Shown: positions 16,460-27,048 of the stretch, piece by piece
Numbering within the stretch: position 1 is the first letter of the stretch
Layout: each line of letters opens with the position of its first letter
DNA from: an uncultured Anaerolineales bacterium
Lineage (GTDB): Bacteria; Chloroflexota; Anaerolineae; Anaerolineales; UBA11858
Direction of reading: 5' to 3'
Length of the DNA: 64,000 nucleotides
NCBI GenBank assembly: GCA_964627755.1
Contig: CAZVIH010000004.1
Span: forward strand, 50,855 to 114,854
Program-made: the position numbers and the translations under genes
Notes under the pieces: model-generated
What the model saw: only the letters and a program-made list of their open reading frames with translations
Told to the model about the DNA's origin: nothing
Databases searched by the model: none

Positions 16460-17095
16460 TTATAACCAACCTAAGATTAAACCAAATACCACCAGTATAA
16501 CCAGGTCCACTCCGTAGATCACACCAACGGTGGTGATCTTTTGTTTGAGGATTTCCATATCATGGACCCAGAATGAGACCAGGAAGAATGGCAGATAACC
16601 GATCAAGAAAATCAGCCAGGGTGCTTTGGCGCTCCACCAGCTGTAATCCCAGGTCAGGGCTCCGATCATATTTAATAAGACTTCGATAAAAACACAGAAT
16701 ATGGCTCCGCCAACAGCAATTACCAGGCGGTTGGGTAAACCGAGGATCTTGAGTTTTTTATCGGGCGGCAGCATTTTGCCAAAGGCGATTCCGGCAATGG
16801 CAAACATAAAACAGATTTCTATGTTTAGTCCGATCAGGATCAGATAGGCTGTTTTTCCCGGTACTCCCCAGACCGGAGCATAATTTGTCAGGTAAAAAAC
16901 CAGGCTGTTCCAGAGTTCGTTGAACCAATCCATGCCCCAGAACGCCAGACCAGCAAATACCAGGCTCCAGTTCCTGCGTTCTATTTCTACTGCGTATACA
17001 TAAACCACCAGGGCAAAGAGGGTGATGACATACCATTGGTACTGACTGCCGTCGCGCAAGATCGATAAAGCCTGTTGGGCTGATTCTGTGATCAT
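16460..17095 (-). CDS. integral membrane protein, unknown function
   Basis: 211 aa, Trp/Phe-rich with about 6 TM segments. Strong AGGAGGGAAGG precedes the ATG. Confidence 0.7.
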   Translation of the reverse strand: MITESAQQALSILRDGSQYQWYVITLFALVVYVYAVEIERRNWSLVFAGLAFWGMDWFNELWNSLVFYLTNYAPVWGVPGKTAYLILIGLNIEICFMFAIAGIAFGKMLPPDKKLKILGLPNRLVIAVGGAIFCVFIEVLLNMIGALTWDYSWWSAKAPWLIFLIGYLPFFLVSFWVHDMEILKQKITTVGVIYGVDLVILVVFGLILGWL

Positions 17096-17190
17096 AGTTC
17101 CTTCCCTCCTGTGATTAGAGTGGTGTAATCTGATTAACTCCTCATCTTCATGCTGGGTCGCAAAAACCTGATCAACAGGTTATTTGTATT

Positions 17191-17838
17191 CTAATTAACA
17201 GCTGTCGTTTTCTTAATCCAAATCGCCAGAACCCTGCCGTTATCTCTGGGACTGAGCTCCAGAATCTTGAATTTTCGGAATTCCTGACATAGTTCATCTT
17301 CTGCAAAGATATGATGGGGTAAGCCCTTTTCCGGACCATTTAAGGGAAGATAAGTGCCGGGTTCTATCTGCTGATACGCCAGATCATGATGTCTTTTCCC
17401 GGCCACTGTGATGATTGCCAGGCCTTCATCATCCAGCACCCGCCAGATCTCGGAGATGGTAAGCCGGATTTCTGAGATCAAGGCATGGTGAATGACTTGA
17501 GTGGATATCAGGCCCTGGAAAGCGGCTGTTTGAAATGGCAGATTATATCGACCGTCGCCTTCAACCAGGTTCGCAGTCAGTCCTTCTTCAGCAAGCCAAT
17601 CGCGGGTAAGTTTTAGTCCGGTAGGTGATCGATCAAAACCAGTCACGTTAAATCCATTCTTGCGGAAGCTAAGTACATGGCGGCCATTACCACAGCCAAG
17701 ATCGAGGATATTATGGATTTGATTATCAGAAAATCTCTTAACAGTCTCATGGAAAACTGGCAGCAGTTCTGTGAAAACCCGGCCATCTGTAGCGAATATG
17801 TCATCCCAGGGGTGTTTATTTGAGGTCAAGTTTGGCAC
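17191..17838 (-). CDS. class I SAM-dependent methyltransferase
   Basis: 215 aa with motif I ILDLGCGNGRH. Confidence 0.8.
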   Translation of the reverse strand: MPNLTSNKHPWDDIFATDGRVFTELLPVFHETVKRFSDNQIHNILDLGCGNGRHVLSFRKNGFNVTGFDRSPTGLKLTRDWLAEEGLTANLVEGDGRYNLPFQTAAFQGLISTQVIHHALISEIRLTISEIWRVLDDEGLAIITVAGKRHHDLAYQQIEPGTYLPLNGPEKGLPHHIFAEDELCQEFRKFKILELSPRDNGRVLAIWIKKTTAVN

Positions 17839-17845
17839 TTATTCC

Positions 17846-19207
17846 TCAGGAACTGTTTTTTCTCAGGAAATAATAAATTAGAGGGATAACCCCGATCCCA
17901 ACTGCCAGACAGATGATGATCACTAGAATGATGCCAAGGGGAAAAAGAATAGGTGAGAAGGGCGGGGTTTTTCCAGAGGCTTCAGCGTTCTTCACCGAGG
18001 GAGGGACAGGGGTTCCCTGTTCAGTCAGGATATTAGTTGTTGGAGAAGGGAGAAAGGTTGGTAAGGCCCAGGCAGTCGGGATCAGATAATTCTCAGCTCC
18101 AACAGATCCCGCCCAATCGATTTCAAATTGGTCCGCACTAACTCCGAGCGCTGTCTGGAAGGCTTCGTCAGTTGGTTCTCCCTTTTTATAGGCTGCCAGC
18201 AAGGCGCTCAGGCCCTCGTTCCCGTAGGTTTCAACCAGGTAAGCCGCCGCGCTGTACGCTTCTGCATAGGATAGATAGACCCGATCCACGTTATAGGATC
18301 CAAAACCATCTTCCAGAGCTGTGAGGGGGACCAAACTGCCACCCTTCGCTGCAGTTTCAACCAGGCCCATTTCCCTTTCATGAGTGATAAATTCATTATA
18401 TTGAGCCAAACCTTCATTGAGCCAGACCGGGACATTTACAGTACGGTTGTATACTACCTGGTTAAAGAAGATGTGTGAGATCTCGTGGGGTATAACACCA
18501 TTCAACCAGGTATCTAGGTAATACTCTCCTTCTACGATCTGGTTTGTGATGCCAAAATTACTAAAGGTTTGCCCACCGATCCAATCGTGTTCGACGTTAC
18601 GCCAGGAATTGAACTCTTCTTGGGTATTGGAAATCACAATCCTTGTTTGGAAATCCAGATCTGCCTGGAATAATTCTTGCTGAAAAGAGACCGCTTCAGA
18701 GGCAATATCAAAGATTGTCTGCCCGAAGGTTTCCGGCCGGTCATGCCACCACACGCTAATATCTTTGTTTTCGAGTATCTGCCAGTCATAGCGGTTATCA
18801 TCATAGCGGATGGAAACTTCTTCACTCTGAACCTTATTTCCGTCGGCATCTTCCACTTCCCAGTGATACAGGTAGGACATCATGGGCGGCGTGGTGATGT
18901 CCCGCGTATCCATTGTATATGTTAGCTGAACCGTTGGGCCGGGACTGAACTCGATCGGATCCTTGGTATAGCTCCTTGAGCCGTAAAGGTTATCATTCGT
19001 GAATGCAAATTTTGCGCTTAGAATATCTGCCCCTGTGCTGGTTACCGTGACCCGGAAGACCATCTCATCCGGAAAATGATTTTCCACCTCTGTGATAGAA
19101 AAGCTAATTGAATTCTGGGCCAAAGCAGGAGTGATCTGAGCGGTACTTTGCAATACCAGGGCAGTAAAGAGAAGAATGATGAGGTTGATCCTGAATTCTC
19201 TGGGCAC
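17846..19207 (-). CDS. secreted peptidase MA-like zinc metalloprotease with C-terminal TM anchor
   Basis: 453 aa. Signal peptide, HEISH plus downstream NEGLAQY, and C-terminal LGIILVIIICLAVGIGVIPLIYY. Confidence 0.65.
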   Translation of the reverse strand: MPREFRINLIILLFTALVLQSTAQITPALAQNSISFSITEVENHFPDEMVFRVTVTSTGADILSAKFAFTNDNLYGSRSYTKDPIEFSPGPTVQLTYTMDTRDITTPPMMSYLYHWEVEDADGNKVQSEEVSIRYDDNRYDWQILENKDISVWWHDRPETFGQTIFDIASEAVSFQQELFQADLDFQTRIVISNTQEEFNSWRNVEHDWIGGQTFSNFGITNQIVEGEYYLDTWLNGVIPHEISHIFFNQVVYNRTVNVPVWLNEGLAQYNEFITHEREMGLVETAAKGGSLVPLTALEDGFGSYNVDRVYLSYAEAYSAAAYLVETYGNEGLSALLAAYKKGEPTDEAFQTALGVSADQFEIDWAGSVGAENYLIPTAWALPTFLPSPTTNILTEQGTPVPPSVKNAEASGKTPPFSPILFPLGIILVIIICLAVGIGVIPLIYYFLRKNSS

Positions 19208-19248
19208 CAGATTTTTCCTTGTTAGATACTTAATATCTAATTACTTTT

Positions 19249-20835
19249 TCAAAAATTGCGATAGACCCAATGTCCTGCAACCATCGTGCCCATGGGTAGA
19301 ATTCCGGCCAATTTTTCAGGGGGACAGTTATAAGGATCCGTATCCAGTACGATCAGGTCTGCCCAATAACCAGGCATCAGTTTTCCCTGTAATTTCTCTC
19401 TCCCTGCCGAGCGGGCCGGGTTTATAGTGAAAGCTTCCAGGGCTTGATGAAGTGAGACCCGCCCCTCCGGGTGCCAGCCCTCCGGTCCGGGTGCGCCATC
19501 AAGCCTCCGCCTCGTCACTGCCGCGTGTATTCCCAGCCAGGGGTTGGGGCTTTCGACCGGGGCATCACTCCCGAATATAACCAATGCCCCTTGTTCGATC
19601 TGAAGTTGAGGGGCATAGGAGTAAGTGGTACGCTCTCCCCAGAAAGCGGCGGCCATTTCCATATCCGAGGTAGCATGGATGGGCTGCATGGAAGCCGTAA
19701 TATTCAGTTCAGCCAATCGGGGCAGGTCCGCTGGATCAATCAATTGGACATGCTCGATCCGGTGGGGAAGAGGCTCAAGCCCGGATTCCTTTTCGTAAGA
19801 GCGCAGATCTTCCAGGGCATTTAACAGGGTCCGATTTGCAAGATCTCCAATTGCGTGAATGGAAAGAGACAAACCATGCGCAGCAGCTTTCCGTCCAAGC
19901 TGAATGATCTCGTTCTCTGTTTTTAGTAACAGGCCCTTATTACCAGAACCTTGATAAGGTGACAGCATTGCTGCGGTCTGTGGTCCCAGCGCACCGTCCA
20001 TGAAATCTTTGACACCACCGAACCACAACCAGTCAGTCCCCTCACCGGTCCTGTAACCAAGCTGGATAGCCTGGTCCAGGAATTCACTTGGGATACTTTT
20101 CTGGACCCGGAGGTGAAGCTGGTCTTCTTGAGTTAAAAGCTGCAGGGCCTGGATGCAAAGCACACGATCGAAATCATGCACTCCTGTGAGACCCATTTTC
20201 CAGAGCGATTCCTGGGCTTTTATAATAGAAGAAGCAACCTGATCTACAGTGGGTTCAGGAATAATCGTTTCAATGAGTTTTACGGCTTCTTCAAAGAGGA
20301 TGCCGGTAGGATATCCATCAGTGTCCCGCTGCAGGACACCGCCTGGAGGATCTGGCGTTTTCTGATCGATCCCGGCCAGGGCCAGAGCTCGGGAGTTGGC
20401 CCAGGAAAGATGGAGTGATTTACCTGTAAGATAAACCGGATGATCAGGCGTGACTTGATCCAGCTCGGCAGCAGACCCGTAGCCTTCCGTCCAGCTATTA
20501 TGATTCCAGCCGTGCCCCAGGACCCATTCCCCGGGTGCTGTAATTAAAGCTTTCTCACGGACTCTTTTTAAACAATCGGATTTAGTCTGTGTTTCGCAGT
20601 TGACCTTACCAAGGGTTTCAGCGTATTGTCGTAGGTGCAGGTGGCTGTCAATCAACCCGGGCAGGACAATCTTGCCGCCCAGATCCAGGTAGCTGCCCCG
20701 GGCGGGGGGTTCCTTACCATCTGCTCCAGTGAGGATATGACTGACCCTGCCGTCCTGGATAATCAGTCCGGATACCTCAGCAGAGCTTTCATTCATAGTG
20801 AATATACGGGCATTGATCAGGGTAAAAGTTTCCAT
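19249..20835 (-). CDS. amidohydrolase-family (Amidohydro_3-like) metal-dependent hydrolase
   Basis: 528 aa with the LIDSHLHL HxH motif, HAIGD, and an overall layout typical of this family. Confidence 0.75.
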   Translation of the reverse strand: METFTLINARIFTMNESSAEVSGLIIQDGRVSHILTGADGKEPPARGSYLDLGGKIVLPGLIDSHLHLRQYAETLGKVNCETQTKSDCLKRVREKALITAPGEWVLGHGWNHNSWTEGYGSAAELDQVTPDHPVYLTGKSLHLSWANSRALALAGIDQKTPDPPGGVLQRDTDGYPTGILFEEAVKLIETIIPEPTVDQVASSIIKAQESLWKMGLTGVHDFDRVLCIQALQLLTQEDQLHLRVQKSIPSEFLDQAIQLGYRTGEGTDWLWFGGVKDFMDGALGPQTAAMLSPYQGSGNKGLLLKTENEIIQLGRKAAAHGLSLSIHAIGDLANRTLLNALEDLRSYEKESGLEPLPHRIEHVQLIDPADLPRLAELNITASMQPIHATSDMEMAAAFWGERTTYSYAPQLQIEQGALVIFGSDAPVESPNPWLGIHAAVTRRRLDGAPGPEGWHPEGRVSLHQALEAFTINPARSAGREKLQGKLMPGYWADLIVLDTDPYNCPPEKLAGILPMGTMVAGHWVYRNF

Positions 20836-20867
20836 ACTGATCTCCGGTAGATGAATTCTTGGAATAT

Positions 20868-21746
20868 TTAGTTTTTTAGGAATTGGTCCAGCAGGGTGTT
20901 CAGTTCTTCATCCGTATAATAGTGGACCGTTATCGTCCCGGCTCCTTTTTTTGAGCGGGTTATGCGTACCTTGGTCCCCAGAGCAGATTGCAGATCTTCT
21001 TCCAGGGCTTTTAATTCGGGGGATCTGGGATCTTTTCGGGGCGGTTGGGGTTTTTTCGTGCCCTTAAGCTGGGTCACCAGCGATTCTGTTTGGCGGACAT
21101 TCAGATCTTTAGTCAGAATAGTCTGGAGGGCAGCGCTCTGGGCTTTTATTGTGGGCAAAGCCAGCAGTGCCCTGGCATGCCCCATGCTGATCTGATTTTT
21201 ACGTACTGCCTGCTGGACTACATCGGGCAAATCCAGGAGACGAAGGATATTGGTGACTGCAGTGCGGCTTTTCCCGACCCGTTTGCCGATCTCTTCATGG
21301 GAGAGCGAAAATTCTATAGCCAGGCTTTGATACGCGCTTGCGGTTTCAAGCGGATTGAGGTCTGCTCGCTGTACATTTTCAATTAATGCTAGCAGCAGGT
21401 GGTCCTGGCCATCCGCTTCTCTCAAGACAGCTGGAACAGTTTTCAAGCCTGCCAGGTGGGCTGCCCTCAAGCGCCGTTCACCGGCGATCAAGGCATATTT
21501 TTGTTCTTGATCTGCATCCTGGGCGGAAAGCACCAGGGGCTGAATAATGCCGTGTTCTTTGATCGAGTCAGCCAGTTCTTTGAGTTTTTCTTCATCAAAA
21601 GATCTTCTGGGTTGGTGGGGATTGGCGGCTATTAAAGCCAGCGGTACTTCCAGTACACCGCCGAATTCTTCCAGGATTTCACCTTCTGGATGGGAGGGGA
21701 TGAGCGCTTCAAGGCCTTTTCCGAGGCCGGGTCGTTTGGCTGCCAT
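20868..21746 (-). CDS. parB: chromosome partitioning protein ParB/Spo0J
   Basis: RPGLGKGLEALI, NPHQPRR, LIAGERRLRAA and an HTH region. Confidence 0.95.
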   Translation of the reverse strand: MAAKRPGLGKGLEALIPSHPEGEILEEFGGVLEVPLALIAANPHQPRRSFDEEKLKELADSIKEHGIIQPLVLSAQDADQEQKYALIAGERRLRAAHLAGLKTVPAVLREADGQDHLLLALIENVQRADLNPLETASAYQSLAIEFSLSHEEIGKRVGKSRTAVTNILRLLDLPDVVQQAVRKNQISMGHARALLALPTIKAQSAALQTILTKDLNVRQTESLVTQLKGTKKPQPPRKDPRSPELKALEEDLQSALGTKVRITRSKKGAGTITVHYYTDEELNTLLDQFLKN

Positions 21747-21801
21747 AGGTTTTATTTACTCACTAATATCAAATTTTAGTGGATTAATTTGCTAGTCTTA
21801 A

Positions 21802-22587
21802 TTATACCGCAGGTAGTTGACGACCATCTCCCAGCAGCAGTTCTCTGGCCAGTTCCCGGTAAGCTTTTGCTCCAATCGATCCGGGTGAATAGATAGAGAT
21901 GGGCACTCCATATGATGGAGCTTCTGCCAGGCGGATGCTGCGCGGTACAATGGAATTAAAGACTTTCTCTCCGAAATGTTTTTTCACTTCCACGACAACA
22001 TCATTGGCCAGGTTGGTGCGGGTATCGAACATGGTCAGGATCACCCCGCGGACAGACAAATCAGGAGAGATCACCCGGCGTACTCTATCTATGGTTGTGA
22101 TCAGGTCTCCTAATCCTTCCATAGCTAGATACTCACACTGGACTGGAATCAGGATGCCGTCGACCGCTGCCACCAGCCCATTCAGGGTCAATAACCCCAG
22201 GGAAGGTGGGCAGTCGATCAGAATGTAGTCATAATCATCTGCTAGAGGGAGCAGCTTACTTTTTAATAGGGTCTCCCGTCCGACTTCATTCACCAGTTCC
22301 ACTTCAGCGCCAGCCAGATCAGGCGAGGCTGGGAGGATGGATAACTTGAGCTTAGGATTGCGCAGGATGTAATCGCGGATATTTCCTTCTTCCAACAAAG
22401 CCTGGTAAGTGCCGCCCTTCACCGTCTGTTTATCAATACCTACTGAGGAAGTGGCGTTTGACTGGGGATCGATATCCACCAGCAGAACGTTCATTCCATA
22501 ATCGGCCAGGAAAGCACCCAGGTTAATGGTTGAGGTAGTTTTCCCTACGCCGCCTTTTTGGTTGGCAATGGTATAAATCAATCCCAT
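21802..22587 (-). CDS. parA: chromosome partitioning ATPase ParA/Soj
   Basis: Deviant Walker A NQKGGVGKTT, plus ILIDCPPSLG. Confidence 0.95.
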   Translation of the reverse strand: MGLIYTIANQKGGVGKTTSTINLGAFLADYGMNVLLVDIDPQSNATSSVGIDKQTVKGGTYQALLEEGNIRDYILRNPKLKLSILPASPDLAGAEVELVNEVGRETLLKSKLLPLADDYDYILIDCPPSLGLLTLNGLVAAVDGILIPVQCEYLAMEGLGDLITTIDRVRRVISPDLSVRGVILTMFDTRTNLANDVVVEVKKHFGEKVFNSIVPRSIRLAEAPSYGVPISIYSPGSIGAKAYRELARELLLGDGRQLPAV

Positions 22588-22591
22588 AATT

Positions 22592-23428
22592 TTAATAAAC
22601 CTTTTGTACTTCAGTAATCTCTTCTACAGTTGGTATGCCATCAATGCCAGGCCGTGTGATTGAAATGCCTGCCAGGACATTTGCGAATTGGGCAGCCTCC
22701 AGGAGGGATTTACCCAGGATCACCTTTGCTATTATAAACGCTGCTGTAAATATATCACCAGCACCGGTTGGGTCCACCTCTCTGGCAGGTTTCGTGGGGA
22801 CCAGCCGCAGAACATTTTCTGTGTACAGTTCAGCTCCCTGTTCTCCTGTTGTGAGGACGAGATCTGGAAATATACTCAGTATTGGATCCAGTCTTGACCT
22901 GTCAAAACCCAGGTCCTCGATACTCAAGAATGCGGTTCCTTCCAATTGTCCAGCGCGGTCAATTTCTGGGAGAGGAGCTGGATGTACCAACCCTTTATTA
23001 TCCCAATCCCGCAGCCATCCTTGCAGAGAATAAGCCAAGGAAGAATTTGGGAACTCTCTCCCGGCCTCAAGTTTTATTTCCCTGGCAACTGGCGCCAGGT
23101 GAACGATACTCGCCATCCGGTAATTATCCGGGATCTGGGAGATATTCAACCCCTCGGCTCTATCCAATAAGTATTGAGTCCTGCCCGTTGAGCTGTATAT
23201 ATTATTAAAGGTCGTAGTACCTTGCCCTTTCTGATTATTGATCTGGATCCCTTTCAGGACTTCCAGATCAAGATCGGCATCAAAAGATGTGACCAGGGCA
23301 ACCTGCAGTCCTAATCGCTGGGCGAGAATTGAACTGAAAATCGCTGTTCCGCCTAACCGTGTACCATTCTCCACCAGATCCTGGGTGATGTGACCAATAA
23401 TCAGGTAATCAGGAGTGGGGCGATTCAT
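22592..23428 (-). CDS. PfkB-family carbohydrate/nucleoside kinase
   Basis: C-terminal DPTGAGDIF motif. I use the internal ATG at 23428 (MNRPTPDYLIIGHITQD). The upstream part of the track ORF covers a repeat element. Confidence 0.75.
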   Translation of the reverse strand: MNRPTPDYLIIGHITQDLVENGTRLGGTAIFSSILAQRLGLQVALVTSFDADLDLEVLKGIQINNQKGQGTTTFNNIYSSTGRTQYLLDRAEGLNISQIPDNYRMASIVHLAPVAREIKLEAGREFPNSSLAYSLQGWLRDWDNKGLVHPAPLPEIDRAGQLEGTAFLSIEDLGFDRSRLDPILSIFPDLVLTTGEQGAELYTENVLRLVPTKPAREVDPTGAGDIFTAAFIIAKVILGKSLLEAAQFANVLAGISITRPGIDGIPTVEEITEVQKVY

Positions 23429-23631
23429 GGCTGAATTATACCTGATAGGGTGCACTCCAGAAGGGGCGTTGTTCATGGCCCCGGTATTAATACCTGTCTT
23501 CATGTGAAAATTATTTTGGTTATTATCCCTTAAGCGCACCATTCAGGAGAAATATTTAATGTAAATCCCTGTAAAATTCAGATGGTGAATGCCCCGGTTG
23601 AAAGGGTCAAACTTTGGGCTTTAGGTTAGTG

Positions 23632-23655
23632 AAAAAAAAAGCCCCTGGAAGGGGC
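23632..23655 (-). terminator. rho-independent terminator of jag
   Basis: Minus strand reads gccccttccaggggc followed by nine T. Confidence 0.8.
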
Positions 23656-23706
23656 GTTGTTCTTAGACCCGGTATTAATACCGGGGCGATGAAATCAAAT
23701 GGTAAA

Positions 23707-24417
23707 TTACTCACTCGGATGGATCACAACCTTCCGATAAGGTTCCTGGCCTGTACTCTCTGTGTACACCAAGGGTTCATCCTGCAGCTCCAGATGGGCA
23801 AAACGCCTTTCGTTGGGCGGCATTGGTTCCAGGGCTTGTTCCTGTTTGGTATCGGCTACTTGATCAGCAACCCGGCGAGCTAATTGGCGCACCTGCAATT
23901 CTCTTCGTTCGCGGTAACCTTCGACGTCGATGCTGAGGGGGACGCCGTGTTCGAGTTCTTTACCGAGGATCAAGCGCGTGATGTACTGCAGCGCGTTGAG
24001 TGTTTTAGCGCGCCGGCCGATCAATACACTCAAATCATTACCAGTGATATCTACCAGGATAGGAGCATGAGGAAGATTGTCGCTCTTCTCACCGTATCTG
24101 GCACTTACAGAGGCTTCCAGGTTCATTTTTTCCAGCAGTTCGGATACGATTTCCTCGACCAAGTTTAAAGTTTGATCTTGATTTGGATCCCTTACTGGCG
24201 CTGGTGTCTCTTCCAGTTCCTGGTCTTCTGTTTCACCCAGGATGGAAATACGCACCCGGGCCTGGCGGGAGCCAAAGCCGAGAATACCGGCTCCACCTTC
24301 GTCCAGGACTGTGATATCTACTGCGTCACGTGGTAAACCCAGATCGGATAAACCCTTTTCGATGGCTTCTTCGACGCTCTGAGCGATAACTTCCAGGGTT
24401 GCGCGATTGTTATTCAT
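23707..24417 (-). CDS. jag: Jag/KhpB RNA-binding protein (Jag_N, KH, R3H)
   Basis: 236 aa. Position downstream of yidC and the C-terminal R3H-like RRFAHLELQ fit this family. Confidence 0.85.
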   Translation of the reverse strand: MNNNRATLEVIAQSVEEAIEKGLSDLGLPRDAVDITVLDEGGAGILGFGSRQARVRISILGETEDQELEETPAPVRDPNQDQTLNLVEEIVSELLEKMNLEASVSARYGEKSDNLPHAPILVDITGNDLSVLIGRRAKTLNALQYITRLILGKELEHGVPLSIDVEGYRERRELQVRQLARRVADQVADTKQEQALEPMPPNERRFAHLELQDEPLVYTESTGQEPYRKVVIHPSE

Positions 24418-24453
24418 AAGCCTTCTCCGATAATCTCCCTATCCAATAACCTA

Positions 24454-25227
24454 TTATTTTCCGAGCTGGCTAAAATTTGGTAGTTTTGGGAGTATATTTT
24501 TGAAATTTGCCTGTCCTGTTATTACATATTGAGCAATGGTTGCCACGTTGGTGGCGATGAAATACAGCGCCAGACCAGAGGCAAAAGTCATCGCCAAATA
24601 TCCCATAAAAAAGGGCATGTAGAGGGTCATTGCCTGGGTCATTTGAGCGCCCTGGGCGTTATCAGCTGCACCGCCGCTGGGGGTGGGGGTGACCATCTTG
24701 GTCTGGATATAGGAGGTGATCAGAACCAGGATTGCCAGGACAGGGACCGCGACACCCAGGATGGGCAGTCTTTCCGGTTCACTGAGTTCCATCCACCAGA
24801 ATTTGCTGTTGATGGGAATCAAGTTGGCACCGTCGTTAATATGTTTCGACAGGTTCACCAGCTGGATAGGAGTCACCGCCAGGGTTCGGATGATCGCCTG
24901 ATAAAGGCCAATGATGACCGGGAACTGGACCAATAACGGCAAGCAGGATCCAAAGGGACTGATACCCTTCTCCTTATAGATCTCCATCTGCTTTTGAGCC
25001 AGGGCTTCCTTATCATTTTTATACTTTTTCTGCATGTCGTTCCATTCTTTGGAACTTTGCAGATCTTGCATGGCTTTTGTGCTTTTCATTTGTTTGGCGG
25101 TCAGCGGATAGGTCACCAATCTCACCAACACGGTGAAGATAATGATGGCCCAGCCGAAATTCTGCCCGATCAGGTTGTAAATGAAGAGCAGTACTGTAAT
25201 CATTAAGGTAATAAAGGCATCCCACAT
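24454..25227 (-). CDS. yidC: membrane protein insertase YidC (short monoderm type)
   Basis: 257 aa with GCLPLLVQFPVIIGLY and a basic C-terminus. Confidence 0.9.
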   Translation of the reverse strand: MWDAFITLMITVLLFIYNLIGQNFGWAIIIFTVLVRLVTYPLTAKQMKSTKAMQDLQSSKEWNDMQKKYKNDKEALAQKQMEIYKEKGISPFGSCLPLLVQFPVIIGLYQAIIRTLAVTPIQLVNLSKHINDGANLIPINSKFWWMELSEPERLPILGVAVPVLAILVLITSYIQTKMVTPTPSGGAADNAQGAQMTQAMTLYMPFFMGYLAMTFASGLALYFIATNVATIAQYVITGQANFKNILPKLPNFSQLGK

Positions 25228-25277
25228 AGTTTTTTCCTATTTTTGATTCTTAAGTAGAACCTTCCGACTTAGGCTGA

Positions 25278-26357
25278 TTATTTGGGTGGGGGATAACCCC
25301 AGATCTGAACGCCGCTTTCGTTGAGTGCTACCAGGAAATACTCCGCTTCTGAAGGTGCCAGAAGAATTTTATCTCCCGCGCCTACTGGGCTGGCGTACAA
25401 TTTTCCATCTACGGGTTGGTTGCGCTGGACAACACCTTCCTGGCTGATCACTACCAGACTGCTGGTATCGGTTGCGAAGTAGATCATCCCATCTTGCACC
25501 AAGGGAGAGGAGTAGATCCCTCCACCTGGTTGGATCTGCCACAATAATTCACCGCTGTGAAGATCCAGCGCGTAAAAAGTGCCAGAAATGTCGCTGGCAT
25601 AGACCTGGTCACCATCAATCACTGGTGTAGCCCAGGCCCAGTCTGAGGTCTGAAAACGCCATTCAACTTGATGGCTTTTTTCATCCAGGGCGATAACTTC
25701 ATTATTAAAAGTGGCGAGAATGATCAAGCCGTCATCGGAAAGGGAAGGATTGCTGACAATCGGACCGCCCAGGTCCTCAGACTTCCAAACCAGTTTTCCG
25801 TTTTGCGGATTGATGGCATATAAGTAGTGATCCATGGACACCTGGTATATACAATCGCAATTTTCTGAGATGATCGGAGAGGCCCAAAGCGGATTTTCGG
25901 TTTCAAACTGCCACTGCAGTAAGCCGTCAAAGTCCACTGCATAGAGGCTGTTATCTGAGTTTGGAGCGAAAATTCCCTCTTCTGTAGTCAGCGGAGGAGC
26001 GATATAACGATTTTCGGCTGCGATAAAAGACCAATTTTCTGATCCATTGACCGGGTTCACACTGTATAAAACGCCGTTATAACCAGCAACCAGCAGCTGG
26101 TTGTTTTCGTCTGCCAGCACTGGTGCGGCGTAAAAATCAACCCCGTTGATCGCTTCCGCCGGGAACTGCCACTTCTGAGCGCCATTTTTAAGATCAAGTG
26201 CGTAGGCATGAGGTCCGTAGGAGAAATATACTGTCTCCTCATTGACATTGATGCCAGACCAGCCAGATGCTACGATACGCCGTCCAGAACAGGCACCCAG
26301 GGTCAGGGCAATAACTGCCAGGATAATGATGAAGAGGACTTTTTTGTTTTTTATCAT
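25278..26357 (-). CDS. PQQ-like beta-propeller repeat lipoprotein (BamB-like fold)
   Basis: 359 aa with lipobox LTLGAC and repeated G.LYA(L/V)D...G...W blades. Confidence 0.75.
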   Translation of the reverse strand: MIKNKKVLFIIILAVIALTLGACSGRRIVASGWSGINVNEETVYFSYGPHAYALDLKNGAQKWQFPAEAINGVDFYAAPVLADENNQLLVAGYNGVLYSVNPVNGSENWSFIAAENRYIAPPLTTEEGIFAPNSDNSLYAVDFDGLLQWQFETENPLWASPIISENCDCIYQVSMDHYLYAINPQNGKLVWKSEDLGGPIVSNPSLSDDGLIILATFNNEVIALDEKSHQVEWRFQTSDWAWATPVIDGDQVYASDISGTFYALDLHSGELLWQIQPGGGIYSSPLVQDGMIYFATDTSSLVVISQEGVVQRNQPVDGKLYASPVGAGDKILLAPSEAEYFLVALNESGVQIWGYPPPK

Positions 26358-26378
26358 AGTTTTCTTTTGATGAAAGAT

Positions 26379-26684
26379 CTAGTTTACAGGGTCGAATCCA
26401 CCCTTTGAAAAGGGATTGCAGCGCAAAATGCGCCATGTTCCCATTAATCCTCCTCTCACAACGCCATACTTATAAATTGCCTGATAAGTATAGTGAGAAC
26501 AGCTGGGGTAAAATCGGCAGGTGTTCCCCGGTAGGGCTTTGGAGAGGGTTTTCTGATATAGCTGGATAATTGCCAGAATAGGAAAGCGGAAAATCGTCCA
26601 AATCGACACTTCAAGATCCTTTAAAAGCGGATCCTGGGTGTGATGAATGTGTTCAGGGTGTTCAAAACTGATCTGGTTATCCAT
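26379..26684 (-). CDS. yidD: membrane protein insertion efficiency factor YidD
   Basis: [10 protein letters not shown] and RCNPF motifs. Has an N-terminal extension. Confidence 0.85.
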   Translation of the reverse strand: MDNQISFEHPEHIHHTQDPLLKDLEVSIWTIFRFPILAIIQLYQKTLSKALPGNTCRFYPSCSHYTYQAIYKYGVVRGGLMGTWRILRCNPFSKGGFDPVN

Positions 26685-26685
26685 T

Positions 26686-27027
26686 TTAGTTACTGGTAAC
26701 GATTCCGGCTTGGTTCAGCAGAGATTTCAGGGCCGCACTTGTTTGGCTGCAGTTGGCGTTCACCAGTGGTTTTCGGGCAATCAGAATCCCCTTGTATCCA
26801 GGCGGGAAATCATTTATCACTTCCCTTAATGCTGCCCGGAGCAAACGTTTGGCCCGGTTCCTTTGAACTGCATTACCGATCGATGTTCCTGCTGTAACTG
26901 CAAATCGGGAATTTGGATCGTTCCCAGTTTGTAATATCAAAACGAGAAGCGGATGGGCGTAGGAATGTCCTGATCGCCGCACCCGCTGAATCTCAATTGA
27001 ACTAGTTAGGCGAAATCTCCGTTCCAC
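26686..27027 (-). CDS. rnpA: ribonuclease P protein component
   Basis: 113 aa, basic, with [12 protein letters not shown] (RNR motif). GTG start. Confidence 0.9.
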   Translation of the reverse strand: MERRFRLTSSIEIQRVRRSGHSYAHPLLVLILQTGNDPNSRFAVTAGTSIGNAVQRNRAKRLLRAALREVINDFPPGYKGILIARKPLVNANCSQTSAALKSLLNQAGIVTSN

Positions 27028-27048
27028 GGGAACTTGGTCATGCCAGGG

